Of a DNA stretch of 64,000 bases, positions 24,330 through 34,762 are shown in pieces. The stretch's first letter is position 1. The number at the start of each line of letters is the position of its first letter. Under the pieces are notes generated by a model, which made no database searches, was not told where the DNA came from, and saw nothing but the letters and a program-made list of their open reading frames with translations. The stretch is from Verrucomicrobiales bacterium (lineage in GTDB: Bacteria; Verrucomicrobiota; Verrucomicrobiia; Verrucomicrobiales; V1-33), in the NCBI GenBank assembly GCA_031411295.1, contig JANOAV010000048.1, positions 18,609 through 82,608 of the forward strand, written 5' to 3'. Position numbers and translations under genes: made by a program.

Positions 24330-24965
24330 CTAGGCAGGCGGCAGTTTGGGGCGTTTCACCTCAAATAAAGTGTCTTGGCTAGTGGCAGCAAACCAGCTGT
24401 CTCCCAGTCGGCTCAACTGACGCAGTAAGGTGGGCTGGATTCTCCCACCAACGACCAGAGCTTGGTCAATATGGAATCGCACCACCTCACCGATGACATA
24501 ATTTGCCGCATCAGGACCGGACCCATGCGGCACGATCTTATGGAGCCGACATTCCAAGCTGAAAGGTGCCTCCGCCACTCGTTCGGGACGGATGACTTGG
24601 CTGGGAGCAGGCGTAAACCCACTGCTCGGCCACTCGCTTTCCCCGTAGGGCAAGGGCAAGGACGTCAGCATCATGCCGTCGAGCATCTTATCATTAACTA
24701 AATTTATGACATATTCACCCGTTTCCCGAATATTACGAAGCGTGTCCTTGTCCGTGCCATCGGCCTTGGTGCATGGGGAAAAGACTACCGACGGTGGGTT
24801 GGCCCCGCCGGCGTTGAAAAAGGAGAAGGGAGCCAAATTCGGCTGGCCCAGCAGGGAAAGGGTAGAAACGAAGGCAATGGGCCTTGGTGCTACGATGGCT
24901 ACGAGCAGGTCGTAGGCATCCAGGCCTTCATAGCCAATGGTCGGATCAATGCAGAGATGAGCCAT
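24330..24965 (-). CDS. Flavin reductase family protein
   Basis: VAPRPIAFVST..NLAPFSFFN, KDTLRNIRETGEYVIN. Confidence 0.9.
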   Translation of the reverse strand: MAHLCIDPTIGYEGLDAYDLLVAIVAPRPIAFVSTLSLLGQPNLAPFSFFNAGGANPPSVVFSPCTKADGTDKDTLRNIRETGEYVINLVNDKMLDGMMLTSLPLPYGESEWPSSGFTPAPSQVIRPERVAEAPFSLECRLHKIVPHGSGPDAANYVIGEVVRFHIDQALVVGGRIQPTLLRQLSRLGDSWFAATSQDTLFEVKRPKLPPA

Positions 24966-24981
24966 AAGGTCGCCCTTCCGC

Positions 24982-25662
24982 TTACTGTAGGCGATCCAAC
25001 AAAAGGGCTTTTTTGGTTTCGTATTCTTCGTCGCTCAACAGACCTTTGTGCTTTAAGTTGAGCAGCTCCTGGAGGGAAGTGGCCACCTCTTGGGAGGCTT
25101 TGTGGCTGGAGAGACCATTTTTTACTTCTTGCACGAACTGTTTACCCTTGGTGAGCAAGTCCTGATAGAGCCCCTTGGCTTTATCGACTGGCACGTTGAG
25201 GAAATTTCCATCGGACTTGAAATGATTGATCGCCACCTGACAAACGGCGTAGGTGGAGGCCCCGGACATGGCTGACATGCTGAGCCCGCCGATCATGGAG
25301 CCTAAGCCGGGAATGGCCTTAACGGCACTTGCGCCCACGCGGGCCAGCGCCCCGCCAGACAGGGCTGCGACGAAACGTTTGCCCTGATCATCGGAGTAAT
25401 TAACCCCATAGAGGGTGGCCAACTGTTTGAGGGCATCCATTTGCACGGCGGTGACGGCCGCGATATCCGCCACTGGAACCGGAATCAGTCCGGCACTCAG
25501 AGACCACAGCACGTGGTTCTGCACGATTTTGGCGGCGGCGGCATCCCGGGGGTCAATCGGAGCACACGTGGCCACTTCATCCACGATTTCCAAAGGAATC
25601 GCCAAGGATGTGGTGGGTTGATTGGACTCGGGTGCGGATTCTGGATTTTCGGAAGGATTCAT
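24982..25662 (-). CDS. DUF697/YcjF-like protein with C-terminal SHOCT domain
   Basis: GLIPVPVADIAAVTAVQ, KAIPGLGS; LKHKGLLSDEEYETKKALLL. Confidence 0.75.
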   Translation of the reverse strand: MNPSENPESAPESNQPTTSLAIPLEIVDEVATCAPIDPRDAAAAKIVQNHVLWSLSAGLIPVPVADIAAVTAVQMDALKQLATLYGVNYSDDQGKRFVAALSGGALARVGASAVKAIPGLGSMIGGLSMSAMSGASTYAVCQVAINHFKSDGNFLNVPVDKAKGLYQDLLTKGKQFVQEVKNGLSSHKASQEVATSLQELLNLKHKGLLSDEEYETKKALLLDRLQ

Positions 25663-25794
25663 GAGCTACGGGTGGTTTAGTGGAATAGGAAATAGAATTG
25701 AACAGAGTATCCAACCATTTCAGCTGAGGAATGTCGATTACAATTAGGGGCATTGTTTCCTGCGAAGCCAGAAGCGGGGGATCAACACCGACCC

Positions 25795-25830
25795 AAAAAA
25801 AGACCACGCTGGAAACCCAGCGTGGTCTTT
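25795..25830 (-). terminator. Intrinsic terminator of the outer-membrane protein gene
   Basis: AAAGACCACGCTGG/CCAGCGTGGTCTTT stem, U-tract on minus strand. Confidence 0.85.
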
Positions 25831-25870
25831 CGAGAATTATTGAATTGCGAAGGGATCCCTCGCAGCTCGA

Positions 25871-26401
25871 CTAGAAGTTCATGCGAACGCCAGCGCGAAC
25901 GACGGTATAATCGTCGGATTCGTCAGCCCAAGTGTAGCGAGCGTCAGCAAAGATGCCGAAGCAATCCTTGATGCGGACGTCGATACCGCCACCTGCGTGA
26001 AGCGTTCCTTCGGTCACACCATTGGTGTGGAGACCGCCGCCAACGAGGGCGTAAGGAGCGAGACAAGCGCTGGTGATTGGGAAGCGGAGCACGAGGCTGC
26101 CGTTGAAGGTGTGGATGGTGCTGTCAGCGAAGCCCCAAGTCGCATCGGCCTCAACACCCAGATTCTGGGTGAAGAAGTAGTCAGCGGCCAGACCTGCGCC
26201 GAGAGTGTCATCAATGTCGTTGGCGCCCAAGAAGGCGGCAGCGTAGAGGCTGAATTGGCCACCGGGCTCAAAGCAGTTACAGGTAGGTGCTGGGGGTGCA
26301 GGAACGATGCCTTTGCCCATAGGAGCCTTGCCTGCTGGACCAGCGAAGCTGAATCCGGCTAGAGCGACGGTTGCGAGTAGTGTGGTGGTTGCTTTTTTCA
26401 T
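25871..26401 (-). CDS. Small outer-membrane beta-barrel protein
   Basis: Signal peptide, amphipathic strands, terminal Phe (GVRMNF), strong codon bias. Confidence 0.8.
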   Translation of the reverse strand: MKKATTTLLATVALAGFSFAGPAGKAPMGKGIVPAPPAPTCNCFEPGGQFSLYAAAFLGANDIDDTLGAGLAADYFFTQNLGVEADATWGFADSTIHTFNGSLVLRFPITSACLAPYALVGGGLHTNGVTEGTLHAGGGIDVRIKDCFGIFADARYTWADESDDYTVVRAGVRMNF

Positions 26402-26548
26402 AGGTAAAAATAGAAATGAAGTTTCATCTATAAATGACTCCGGGAAATAATCAAGTGAAAATCTCTTTTATTTGCAAAATAGTTCGCAAAATCCGTAATT
26501 CCTGCGAATTCAGGGATCGTCAGCAGTGCCACAGGCTTCACCTTGAGG

Positions 26549-26770
26549 TTATTTCAAAAACCCACCCAGTAAATCTTTGGCTTTGCCGAGGAGGTCAGCC
26601 GCATCGCCACCTTCGCCCTCGCCACCGGCCTGCAGTGTGCTGTCGATGAGCCCGTGCATACTGTCAGGGAGCTTGCCTTTGATGAATTCGAGAACCGCGC
26701 TGATGGCGCCTTCGGCTTGTGCTGGATCAATCCCGAGTTTCGACATGATTTGGTTTTTAAGTTCTTCCAT
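26549..26770 (-). CDS. Small conserved hypothetical protein (DUF2267-like)
   Basis: MEELKNQIMSKLGIDPAQAEGAISAVLEFIKGKLP. Confidence 0.7.
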   Translation of the reverse strand: MEELKNQIMSKLGIDPAQAEGAISAVLEFIKGKLPDSMHGLIDSTLQAGGEGEGGDAADLLGKAKDLLGGFLK

Positions 26771-26904
26771 GGTATTTCTTGTTAGTTTTGGTTTCTTAAT
26801 CAAATCGGCGGAATGCCAATCGTGACCACCCAGTATGCCGAAAACGGACTCCTATAACAAGTTAATTCTGATGTCCCGGAGGCAATTACCTTCCCACGGC
26901 CCGC

Positions 26905-27369
26905 TCAAGGCGGCGGCATGCCCTCGATCAACAGCTGCATTTCTCGTAATTGCATCCATAAGGCGACAGATCCTGTGAGGCCTGATCCGATCAGTGTGCC
27001 CGTCAGCCACCAACGGCTGGTGGAGGATTTCCCGACCACCAACATCGAGATGCCAGCCAAGGCCGCTTGGGCATAAAACATCCATTGGTTTTGTTGGCGA
27101 GTCCGCTTGGTCTTCTGAACTGCCGCCGCCCGCGCAATGGCGACTGGGGGAGGGGACTGGCGGAAATGTTCTGCCGGAATGATCATGAGCGCGCCGAGCA
27201 GGCAAGTCGCCAGACTAAGAAAGATGGCCTTAGAGTCCTTCAGGATTACCACCGCAATCAGAAGACTGATCATGCCAAAGTAAGCGAGCCAGACCAATCC
27301 CCAATTGCAGAGGGGGCCCAGGTAGGCGGGCTCGCTCAGATAAAATTTTAGATCATGCAGCAGCGTCAT
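26905..27369 (-). CDS. Hypothetical membrane protein
   Basis: About four TM segments; ATG 14 nt after the ruvB stop. Confidence 0.6.
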   Translation of the reverse strand: MTLLHDLKFYLSEPAYLGPLCNWGLVWLAYFGMISLLIAVVILKDSKAIFLSLATCLLGALMIIPAEHFRQSPPPVAIARAAAVQKTKRTRQQNQWMFYAQAALAGISMLVVGKSSTSRWWLTGTLIGSGLTGSVALWMQLREMQLLIEGMPPP

Positions 27370-27382
27370 GTGCCAGCGGGGC

Positions 27383-28444
27383 TTAGAAAAGTTCCGGTTG
27401 GGAGACCGGCAGCGGTAAGGCGTCAGGCAGAGTTGTTGGAACTGGAGCGCCCACCTTAATGTAGGCGGCGGGCATCGCAACCCTTCCCCGGGGAGTGCGT
27501 TTGAGAAAACCCTGCATCACCAAATACGGCTCATGAACTTCCTCAACCGTGGTGGGGTCTTCCGCCACCGCCACGGCAATGGTGTTCAAACCCACCGGCC
27601 CGCCCCCGAACTTGAAAATCAAGGCTTCGAGGATGCGTTTGTCCATTTCATCCAGCCCGTCGGCATCGATATCGATCATGCTCAAAGCTGCGTCAGCCAC
27701 GATTTTGGTAATTCGATTGTCGGCCCGGATTTGGGCATAGTCCCGGACGTGCGCCAGCAACTTGTTGGCCACCCGCGGGGTGCCCCGAGAGCGGAGGGCG
27801 ATTTCCATTGCCCCGTCCGGTTCGATCGCGATATCCAACAATCCAGCCGAGCGCTCGATGATGGCCTTGAGATCTGGTGGTTCATAGTAATTGAGGCGAC
27901 AGGTAATGCCCATTCGAGTGCGGAGCGGAGCTGTCAGCATCCCCGAGCGAGTCGTCGCCCCCACGAGGGTAAACCGATTGAGCGTCAGTGGGATACTGCG
28001 GGCATTGGGACCGGAATCGATCATGATATCGACTTTAAAATCCTCCATTGCGGGATAGAGATATTCCTCAATTTTCGGATGCATCCGGTGGATCTCATCG
28101 ATAAAGAGCACATCCCCGTGCTGCAAGTTCGTCAAGACCCCGGTAAGGTCACCGGGACGTTCGATCTGAGGACCGCTCAGGCAGTGGATTTGGGAGCCGA
28201 TGGTAGCCACGATGATATGGGCCAAGCTCGTTTTCCCCAGTCCTGGAGGCCCGCTCAACAAAACGTGATCCAGCACATCCCCACGTTGTTTGGCTGCCTG
28301 GACCCGCATCGTGAGCAGCTCCACCACCCGGCCCTGACCTTGGAATTCGCTGAAGACGGGAGGCCGCAAAGAGACATCGAAGGCCGAGGGAGGTGCGTCC
28401 ACGGTTTCGTGGTAGAAATTTTTCTGTAGCGGCTGTTGGTCCAT
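27383..28444 (-). CDS. ruvB: Holliday junction branch migration helicase RuvB
   Basis: [43 protein letters not shown]. Confidence 0.97.
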   Translation of the reverse strand: MDQQPLQKNFYHETVDAPPSAFDVSLRPPVFSEFQGQGRVVELLTMRVQAAKQRGDVLDHVLLSGPPGLGKTSLAHIIVATIGSQIHCLSGPQIERPGDLTGVLTNLQHGDVLFIDEIHRMHPKIEEYLYPAMEDFKVDIMIDSGPNARSIPLTLNRFTLVGATTRSGMLTAPLRTRMGITCRLNYYEPPDLKAIIERSAGLLDIAIEPDGAMEIALRSRGTPRVANKLLAHVRDYAQIRADNRITKIVADAALSMIDIDADGLDEMDKRILEALIFKFGGGPVGLNTIAVAVAEDPTTVEEVHEPYLVMQGFLKRTPRGRVAMPAAYIKVGAPVPTTLPDALPLPVSQPELF

Positions 28445-28710
28445 AAGCATGAGGGAATCCGGGCGGCCCCTGACACCAGAGGCAACGGGGGTTCTTAAGC
28501 CCAATCTCCGCCTTTGTCGATGCCCTCTTGCGCAAGAAATTACGGAAACAGTAATTATCTACCAATTCTGCGGAGGCATTCAGAGTTTTTTTTCTAAAAC
28601 TGGTTTTTCTTCTAGACTTCCACTAGATTTTCCCATAACCTCAGTGAGGTTGGAGTATTATTTTACTTCCGCCAACCCACCCAACTACTTTCCTTAAAGC
28701 GAAAAATTTT

Positions 28711-29280
28711 ATGATCAACCGCTCCTTAACCAAACTCGCTCTGGCGCTGGCCGCTGGTGCATTCGTGTCCGTGGCGCAAGCCAAGCCAACCCTCAAGGAA
28801 GTGACAGATGCTACTGAAGCAGCTGCCGCCAAAGCCCCTGACCAAGCTGCTTCCATCGTAGAAGAGAAAGTCAAGGAAACTCCCGAGTATGCCTGCCCCA
28901 TCATCAAGGCCGCCGTCAAAGGTGCCAAGCTCCAAAAAGAAGACGAAACTGATCTGGTTGCGGCTGCTTTGAAGGCTGCTCCTGAGAAGGCCCCAGAAAT
29001 CCGCGCCTGCTTAGGCAATGGCAAAGTGGCTGGCGGCAAAAATCCCGTTGTTAAAGAGGAGCCTGCCGGCAAAGGTCCTGTCACTGGACCGACCACTGGA
29101 CCAACCGATGGCGCAGACTATGACAACTGGAATCAATATCCAGGCGTGGTTGGAACCTACCTCTCCTCCCCTGCTAACGGCAGCGGCACCCCCACTGACA
29201 AGACAGAAGTTATAGTGGTGACTGAAGTCGAGGAAGTGATTGTGCGAAAAGTCGTTTCTCGTCCAGCTTCCCGTAGCTAG
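28711..29280 (+). CDS. Secreted Ala/Lys-rich hypothetical protein
   Basis: Signal peptide, helical repeats (KAPDQAASIV / AAPEKAPEI), own terminator. Confidence 0.7.
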   Translation: MINRSLTKLALALAAGAFVSVAQAKPTLKEVTDATEAAAAKAPDQAASIVEEKVKETPEYACPIIKAAVKGAKLQKEDETDLVAAALKAAPEKAPEIRACLGNGKVAGGKNPVVKEEPAGKGPVTGPTTGPTDGADYDNWNQYPGVVGTYLSSPANGSGTPTDKTEVIVVTEVEEVIVRKVVSRPASRS

Positions 29281-29300
29281 TCTGCTCATTCCTAATTTAG

Positions 29301-29334
29301 AAAACCCTCGCAGATCAGTCTGCGAGGGTTTTTT
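29301..29334 (+). terminator. Intrinsic terminator
   Basis: AAAACCCTCGCAGA-TCAG-TCTGCGAGGGTTTTTT. Confidence 0.85.
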
Positions 29335-29526
29335 GTTTCCCATTTGAGCACGAGTGTGGAAGCAGTCCGCTGCACTGCTCGGACCATTTCCATTTGAGAG
29401 ACGGTGGATAGAAGTGCCGACTTCCTCATAGCAGTAACAAGCCAACTTGTGCCATGGATCGGCGTTCTCGCAGGCTAGCATCGAAGCGATGGACCAGTCT
29501 CCAGCGAACTGCTGTTGACACACTCG

Positions 29527-30123
29527 CTAAAGATTGCGGGCGGCCAGCATGCGTTCCAAATATTTCGCCAGCATATCAAATTCCACATTCACTCGATCCC
29601 CCGCTTTCATGGCGCTGAGGGTGGTCACTTGGTGGGTGTGGGGGGTGATCCAGACGGTGAACTGGTCCTCCTTCAGTTCAGCTACCGTGAGACTCATGCC
29701 GTCCAGACAAATGGAGCCCTTGGTCACCAGCAGGTTCTTGCCGCCCGTGGGCAAACGCAGGGTGAATTCGTGGTCTTGGCCAAGTGCGGCATATCGCAAC
29801 ACTTCTGTGGTAGTGTCCACGTGACCTTGCACGAAGTGTCCGCTGAACCGAGTGTCCGCTCGCATGGCGCGTTCCAAGTTGACCAAGCGCCCAGCGGTTA
29901 GATTTCCCAGATTGGTGAGCCGCAAGGTCTCCCCCAGCAGATCAAAGCCACAGCGGCCGTCGCCAAAGGAGACAACGGTAAGGCAGCACCCGTTGACGGC
30001 AACGCTTTCACCAAGGGTAAGTTCATCGGCAAAGGGAACTTGCTCCAAAACCAAGCGGCCGCCTTGCGGATGTAGTGCCAGGTTGGCGACGGTGGCCGTG
30101 GTTTCGACAATGCCAGTAAACAT
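29527..30123 (-). CDS. ribE: Riboflavin synthase (alpha chain)
   Basis: MFTGIVE, SVAVNGCCLTV, GHFVQGHVD, VNVEFD. Confidence 0.95.
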   Translation of the reverse strand: MFTGIVETTATVANLALHPQGGRLVLEQVPFADELTLGESVAVNGCCLTVVSFGDGRCGFDLLGETLRLTNLGNLTAGRLVNLERAMRADTRFSGHFVQGHVDTTTEVLRYAALGQDHEFTLRLPTGGKNLLVTKGSICLDGMSLTVAELKEDQFTVWITPHTHQVTTLSAMKAGDRVNVEFDMLAKYLERMLAARNL

Positions 30124-30129
30124 AAAATT

Positions 30130-30537
30130 TTACGGGGCCGAGAGTGGGTTGGTTCCGTTCGGGAGGAACGGGGTGACGAAGGCGGAATGGAAATCGAACC
30201 CATTTTCGAAATCCTCGATCCGGTCATCATTGCTTTGGGAGAAGACGCCTTGGGCGATTAAATGGAAGACGATTTCCCCCACATGGCGAGTCGAGGTGAT
30301 GCCCCAACTGTCCAAAATGGTTGGGACCATGGGCCCGTATTCCTTAAGCAGGTAGGTGCGGAATCCTTCCAGCAATTGCGGCCCGCGCAGATGCATGGGC
30401 TCTCCCCGGTGTTCGCGGGCGTGGTGTTCCAGCGTGTGATTGAGTGCATCCCGCACCAAGGCAAACGCTTCCGGTGCGAAGCGTTGATCCTGTTCAAGAA
30501 TAGCCGCTACAGCGCGGTCGAATTCGGGTTTGGGCAT
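30130..30537 (-). CDS. Minf_1886/TIGR04138-type Verrucomicrobia-Planctomycetes conserved protein
   Basis: D.RF..EAF..VRDAL, HLRGPQLLEG, YGPM..TILDSWGI..T..VGEIVF.LI, D.IEDF. Confidence 0.8.
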   Translation of the reverse strand: MPKPEFDRAVAAILEQDQRFAPEAFALVRDALNHTLEHHAREHRGEPMHLRGPQLLEGFRTYLLKEYGPMVPTILDSWGITSTRHVGEIVFHLIAQGVFSQSNDDRIEDFENGFDFHSAFVTPFLPNGTNPLSAP

Positions 30538-30547
30538 GGAGTGGAAA

Positions 30548-30682
30548 TTAAGGTTGAGGATCGCCTAAGGCTGGCAGCGGTTGCGGGACCGTGAGGCCCT
30601 CCCGCCGACACTCTCTTACCAAGGCACCAACTGCAAAAATCGCAAGCAGGGCCAGCAAGAGTTTCTTTTCGTGGGGGGTCAT
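30548..30682 (-). CDS. Small single-TM hypothetical protein
   Basis: MTPHEKKLLLALLAIFAVGALVR; co-oriented 10 nt upstream of the next gene. Confidence 0.45.
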   Translation of the reverse strand: MTPHEKKLLLALLAIFAVGALVRECRREGLTVPQPLPALGDPQP

Positions 30683-30755
30683 GATCGTAAGCTGGAATAG
30701 GCAGGCAGGAAATACCGCTTCCGTCGCTGTTAAAATGTCGTAAGCTGCATCCGCC

Positions 30756-31433
30756 ATGTTTGTCAAATCCCTATCCTCTCTCCTCGCCCTCATTCATCTC
30801 GCCTCGGCTGCCTCTGTGCAGATCGAGGAAGGCACCTCCGCTCCAAAGCCTGAGGTCACAGCAGATCTGAAGGAGTCAGATTTGCTCGGCACCTACGTGC
30901 AGGCAGGGACGGGCGGCATCCTCGAGTTCAAACCAGACGGAAAACTCGGCGGATGGCCCGTCAAGGGCGCTTACAAAATTGTGGGACCGCATCGGGTGGA
31001 ACTAACGGAAACGATTAAAGGCAAAGAGGAGCGCATCCCCGTGGAGCTGTTCCCGCAGAAAGAAGGGCTCATCATGGTGCGCAATGTGCAGGGAGAAAAT
31101 GAGACCATTCCACTGCATCGACTCATTCCCACCACGCTGGATGCCAAGGCTTGGGCGGGGCCCTGCATGATTCACGTGCTGGTCTCCGGTGCTAAAACCG
31201 CCACCAAGCGTGAAGCCACCTTGAAGGAAGACGGCTATCTGCGCACCCCTGAAGGCGGCTACTGGCTGCGCCTGCTGGCTTCGAAAGACGGGAAACAAAC
31301 CATGGGGTTCACCTCCGATCTGGAGGATGAAACGCTGGCCATTTATCTCTTCAAGGTGGGTCCGCTCCTGGTGCTCTTTGATTCGCTGGAGAAACCAAAG
31401 CTGCTGGCGATGATTCAGTTGAGCACGAAGTAG
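30756..31433 (+). CDS. Secreted hypothetical protein
   Basis: Signal peptide, 225-aa ORF with typical codon use. Confidence 0.65.
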   Translation: MFVKSLSSLLALIHLASAASVQIEEGTSAPKPEVTADLKESDLLGTYVQAGTGGILEFKPDGKLGGWPVKGAYKIVGPHRVELTETIKGKEERIPVELFPQKEGLIMVRNVQGENETIPLHRLIPTTLDAKAWAGPCMIHVLVSGAKTATKREATLKEDGYLRTPEGGYWLRLLASKDGKQTMGFTSDLEDETLAIYLFKVGPLLVLFDSLEKPKLLAMIQLSTK

Positions 31434-31439
31434 TTGGCC

Positions 31440-32627
31440 TTAGTCATACAGGAACACGGAGTGGCTCCGCATCCGGAAGTCAGCCTCTTCACGGACCCAC
31501 CCATTCGGCAACTCCGCCCAAGGTTGCCCGGCTTCCAAATGCTTGCGCTCCCGGTCTGAGCCGAAGAGCAGGTCGATTGCGATGGGCTCTTTGACGAATT
31601 CATAAACCTCGGTGCGCCATTTGAATTTCTCCCCGGAGAGATCCCTCATGGCAGCCAGCAAAGCCAGACTGCACCGCACGGATTGATAGGCGTGACGATC
31701 CGTGACATGCAACTGCACGCCACCGCAGTCGATTCCGGCATGCTTCTGGAACGTGGGGCGGAACCAGACGGGGCGGAACGTGACGCCCGGGTGCTTTTCG
31801 GCTTGGAGCCGTTTGGCCAGTTTCGTGGCATCGATCCAGGGCGCGCCGCAAATTTCGAACGGCTTGGTGGTGCCGCGTCCTTCACTGAGGTTCGTGCCCT
31901 CGATCAGGCATTGCCCCGGGTAAACGATGGCCGTGTCCTGAGTGGGCATGTTAGGGGAGGGCAACACCCAGGGCAGGCCGGTGGCATCCCAATACTGCTC
32001 ACGCTTCCAACCCTCACAGTGAATAATTTCCAATGAGCCATCCTCCAGATTTAGCTCATGTTGGTAGAGCATGGCCAATTCACCCATGGTCAGCCCGTGA
32101 CGGATCGCCAAATCGTGACAGCCCACGAAGCTCTCGTATCCTTTACGCAAGGCTGGTCCCTCGACTTGCTCGCCCCCCAATGGATTAGGACGATCCAGCA
32201 CGATCACTTTGATCCCCAGGGGCAACGCCGCTTGCAGGCAGAAACGCATGGTGGCTTGGAACGTATAGTAACGGCTGCCGACGTCCTGTAGATCAATCAC
32301 CAAGGCATCCAGACCTTTCAATTGTTCCACTTTCGGATGCAGGCTGGCTTCGGTTTCTCCGTAGAGGCTGTAAACTTGCAAGTCGGCGTGGCGCTTGGAT
32401 TCCGCATGGGAAACGGAAATCAAATCCTGCGCCTGACCCAGCAGCCCATGTTCCGGCCCGAAGATGGCCGCCAATTTGAAACGACCGGACTGGGCGAAGA
32501 GTTCGATGGCATGGCGCAACTGGCCGTCCACCGCTGCTGGATGTGTCACCAAGCCCACCCGCAATCCCGCCAGGGGCGCAAAATTCTGCGCCACGAGGAC
32601 ATCCAAACCAGTTTTGACGAGCGGCAT
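31440..32627 (-). CDS. Exo-beta-N-acetylmuramidase NamZ family (DUF1343)
   Basis: FGPEHG, DLQDVGSRYYT, LDRPNP, PSPNMPT, SEGRGT. Confidence 0.92.
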   Translation of the reverse strand: MPLVKTGLDVLVAQNFAPLAGLRVGLVTHPAAVDGQLRHAIELFAQSGRFKLAAIFGPEHGLLGQAQDLISVSHAESKRHADLQVYSLYGETEASLHPKVEQLKGLDALVIDLQDVGSRYYTFQATMRFCLQAALPLGIKVIVLDRPNPLGGEQVEGPALRKGYESFVGCHDLAIRHGLTMGELAMLYQHELNLEDGSLEIIHCEGWKREQYWDATGLPWVLPSPNMPTQDTAIVYPGQCLIEGTNLSEGRGTTKPFEICGAPWIDATKLAKRLQAEKHPGVTFRPVWFRPTFQKHAGIDCGGVQLHVTDRHAYQSVRCSLALLAAMRDLSGEKFKWRTEVYEFVKEPIAIDLLFGSDRERKHLEAGQPWAELPNGWVREEADFRMRSHSVFLYD

Positions 32628-32671
32628 GTTAGTGAGAGAGGTTGATCTCAGGGATGCTCCCGGTTGGGCAA

Positions 32672-33787
32672 TTACTTCAGTGGAGTATGCAGCAGGGTGT
32701 GCCCAATCGCGGCTGGTTTGAGTTCCAAATGGAGTGTGGGAGTGGCTCCGGCCGGCACTTTAGTCGTCTTCACGATGGGCTCCTTTTCATCATCCAACGA
32801 GACGTCGAATGCACCGTTCCTCATCCCGACGAGCAATCGTCCTTTGACTTCCTTCTCGGGCAATTCCAAACCCGTGACTAATTGATTCAACACCATGGGT
32901 TCCTTGAGATCGATCATGAGGAAGAAATTATCGACCGGCAGGCTGAGGGATTTGCGTTCCGTGATGTAAGCACAGGCCATGGGTTCCTTGAAGACCGGAG
33001 CCATATGCTTGGGCGACAACTCGGGGTCCGGTGTGAGTTCCTGGAGCCGCATGTTGCGGAACTCCACCGGGCCGCCTTCGCTTTCGAAGCTGATGTAACC
33101 CTTGCGGGGAGAGATCCGGTAAAGCGCGGTCACCAAGGCGCCATTGACTTCCTGTTGCAGCGTTCCGTCCACGCAGGTTAGGCGCACGTGGTTCCACTCG
33201 CCCGTGGGCTTGCCCCGATACTCGATGGGCATGGAACGATGGCCGCAGGAATGGGAATTGGCGAAGCGTGGATCAGGAATGGCTGAGGAATCCGTGCCCG
33301 GGAGGGTAAACAAATCACCATGGCTGGTATACCATGAGCCGTTCCCTAAATTACAGACCTGCACCTCATGGCCTTCCGCCGGATACGGGCCACCAGCCTT
33401 GGGGAAAGGACCGTGGGCGATGAGCAGCCCGGAATTTCCGGAGGTGCCGTTGCCGCCTCCTGCATTGGGGGCCTCCGTCAGGTGCCGCCAGTCCATTTCC
33501 AGAATGTAGTTCTCGTAAGGCAAGAGGGACCGGATCAACCCGGTTGGTCCCCGATCAATATGGAGCACGATTTCACCCGGCTTATCGGGATTGGGGGCTG
33601 TTTTGATAAGTGGGGAATCAATCGCCATGCTCATGCCGGTCCAGTGGTCGGTTAATTTGCCGGCCAGCAAATTCTCCCACTTGCCCGCCGGGGCCTGGGG
33701 CGGGGGAAAGTTACCATCAACGGGTTTATCTTGAGCGTTGAGAACAGTGCAGAGGCAGAAGCTGGCAAGGAAGGCGGATTTCATCAT
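32672..33787 (-). CDS. DUF1080 (3-keto-disaccharide hydrolase-like) secreted protein
   Basis: YENYILEMDWR, GNSGLLI, HEVQV, GEWNH, GYISFESEG.VEFRNM. Confidence 0.8.
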   Translation of the reverse strand: MMKSAFLASFCLCTVLNAQDKPVDGNFPPPQAPAGKWENLLAGKLTDHWTGMSMAIDSPLIKTAPNPDKPGEIVLHIDRGPTGLIRSLLPYENYILEMDWRHLTEAPNAGGGNGTSGNSGLLIAHGPFPKAGGPYPAEGHEVQVCNLGNGSWYTSHGDLFTLPGTDSSAIPDPRFANSHSCGHRSMPIEYRGKPTGEWNHVRLTCVDGTLQQEVNGALVTALYRISPRKGYISFESEGGPVEFRNMRLQELTPDPELSPKHMAPVFKEPMACAYITERKSLSLPVDNFFLMIDLKEPMVLNQLVTGLELPEKEVKGRLLVGMRNGAFDVSLDDEKEPIVKTTKVPAGATPTLHLELKPAAIGHTLLHTPLK

Positions 33788-33873
33788 GGCCACCATATAA
33801 TCTCACCATCAGTTTGTTGCAACGGTGGATGCAATCCGAAACGTGGGCGGCAAGGCCTGCGCGCTTAGCAAGC

Positions 33874-34269
33874 TTATTCCATCCCTCCTGACGTCGCCCT
33901 CCGCGTGAGCACGCCAAGCCCCAGCAGCGCCAGGGTGACGAAGCCCACGCCGCCCCAGAGGGAGATGGGGGACACGTAATCGGCGTCCGAGGCTTGGGTC
34001 ATCACGAGATAGGTCATTTCATCCAGCACCAAGGCGCTGCCGATTCCCAGGGTCATGCGGGAACCTTTGGCGAGCCATAATTTCACAGGACCAAATGCGA
34101 GGACGAAGCCAGCGGCTATCACCAACAAAACTCCAGTGAACAAATGATGCACCAAATACCCGCCCGGATACACATGCTGCACCTTCACTAAATGCAGATA
34201 GAGCCGAGTGAGGAGAAACGTCCCCAGCATCGGTAGGGCAACCCAGCGCAGTGTTTGCTTGGGATTCAT
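33874..34269 (-). CDS. Hypothetical membrane protein
   Basis: Four TM segments; VHHLFTG and GSALVLDE motifs. Confidence 0.7.
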   Translation of the reverse strand: MNPKQTLRWVALPMLGTFLLTRLYLHLVKVQHVYPGGYLVHHLFTGVLLVIAAGFVLAFGPVKLWLAKGSRMTLGIGSALVLDEMTYLVMTQASDADYVSPISLWGGVGFVTLALLGLGVLTRRATSGGME

Positions 34270-34586
34270 GGGTGCATTTGCGTAGCTGCATTCGCCAATT
34301 CAGCCAGGCGCGCCTCATATTTATCCACGATGCGGTGCAGGCGTTTGAGGCGCAGGCAGGATTTCCACATTCCGCAGATGGCCACCACTAGCAGGATGCC
34401 GTAGCCAACAACGGCCCAGGCCCCATTGCCCGTTTCGAGGTGCTTGAAGACGAACCAGAGCGAAACGAGGACCAGTGCCGCCCGGAAGCAGGATCGCAAT
34501 GCCCGCATAAAGGACCGTTGACGATTGCAGCGGAGCAGGCAGCGCTCGCGCCAAGGGAGATCGATGGAAGGATTGAAGGTCTGCAT
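34266..34586 (-). CDS. Hypothetical two-TM protein
   Basis: ATGA overlap with the next gene; two hydrophobic helices. Confidence 0.5.
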   Translation of the reverse strand: MQTFNPSIDLPWRERCLLRCNRQRSFMRALRSCFRAALVLVSLWFVFKHLETGNGAWAVVGYGILLVVAICGMWKSCLRLKRLHRIVDKYEARLAELANAATQMHP

Positions 34587-34762
34587 AAGAGTAGGCTGAG
34601 AGCCGAGTTTAAAGTGTGGGGAGAAAGGGATAGGTCAAGCAGGGACTCCCAACCACAGCCTCGGGATGCGCTGTGAATAATCACTCCTAGGCTTTGACAC
34701 CGGCCCGGAACGCTGGTCAAATTCAGGGCAAATTCTCTGACTCAAACCCCGGTAAACATTTC

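Noticed and set aside
29340..29520. Possible decayed repeat or RNA between convergent genes
   Set aside because: Only weak partial stems and no second copy in the window.
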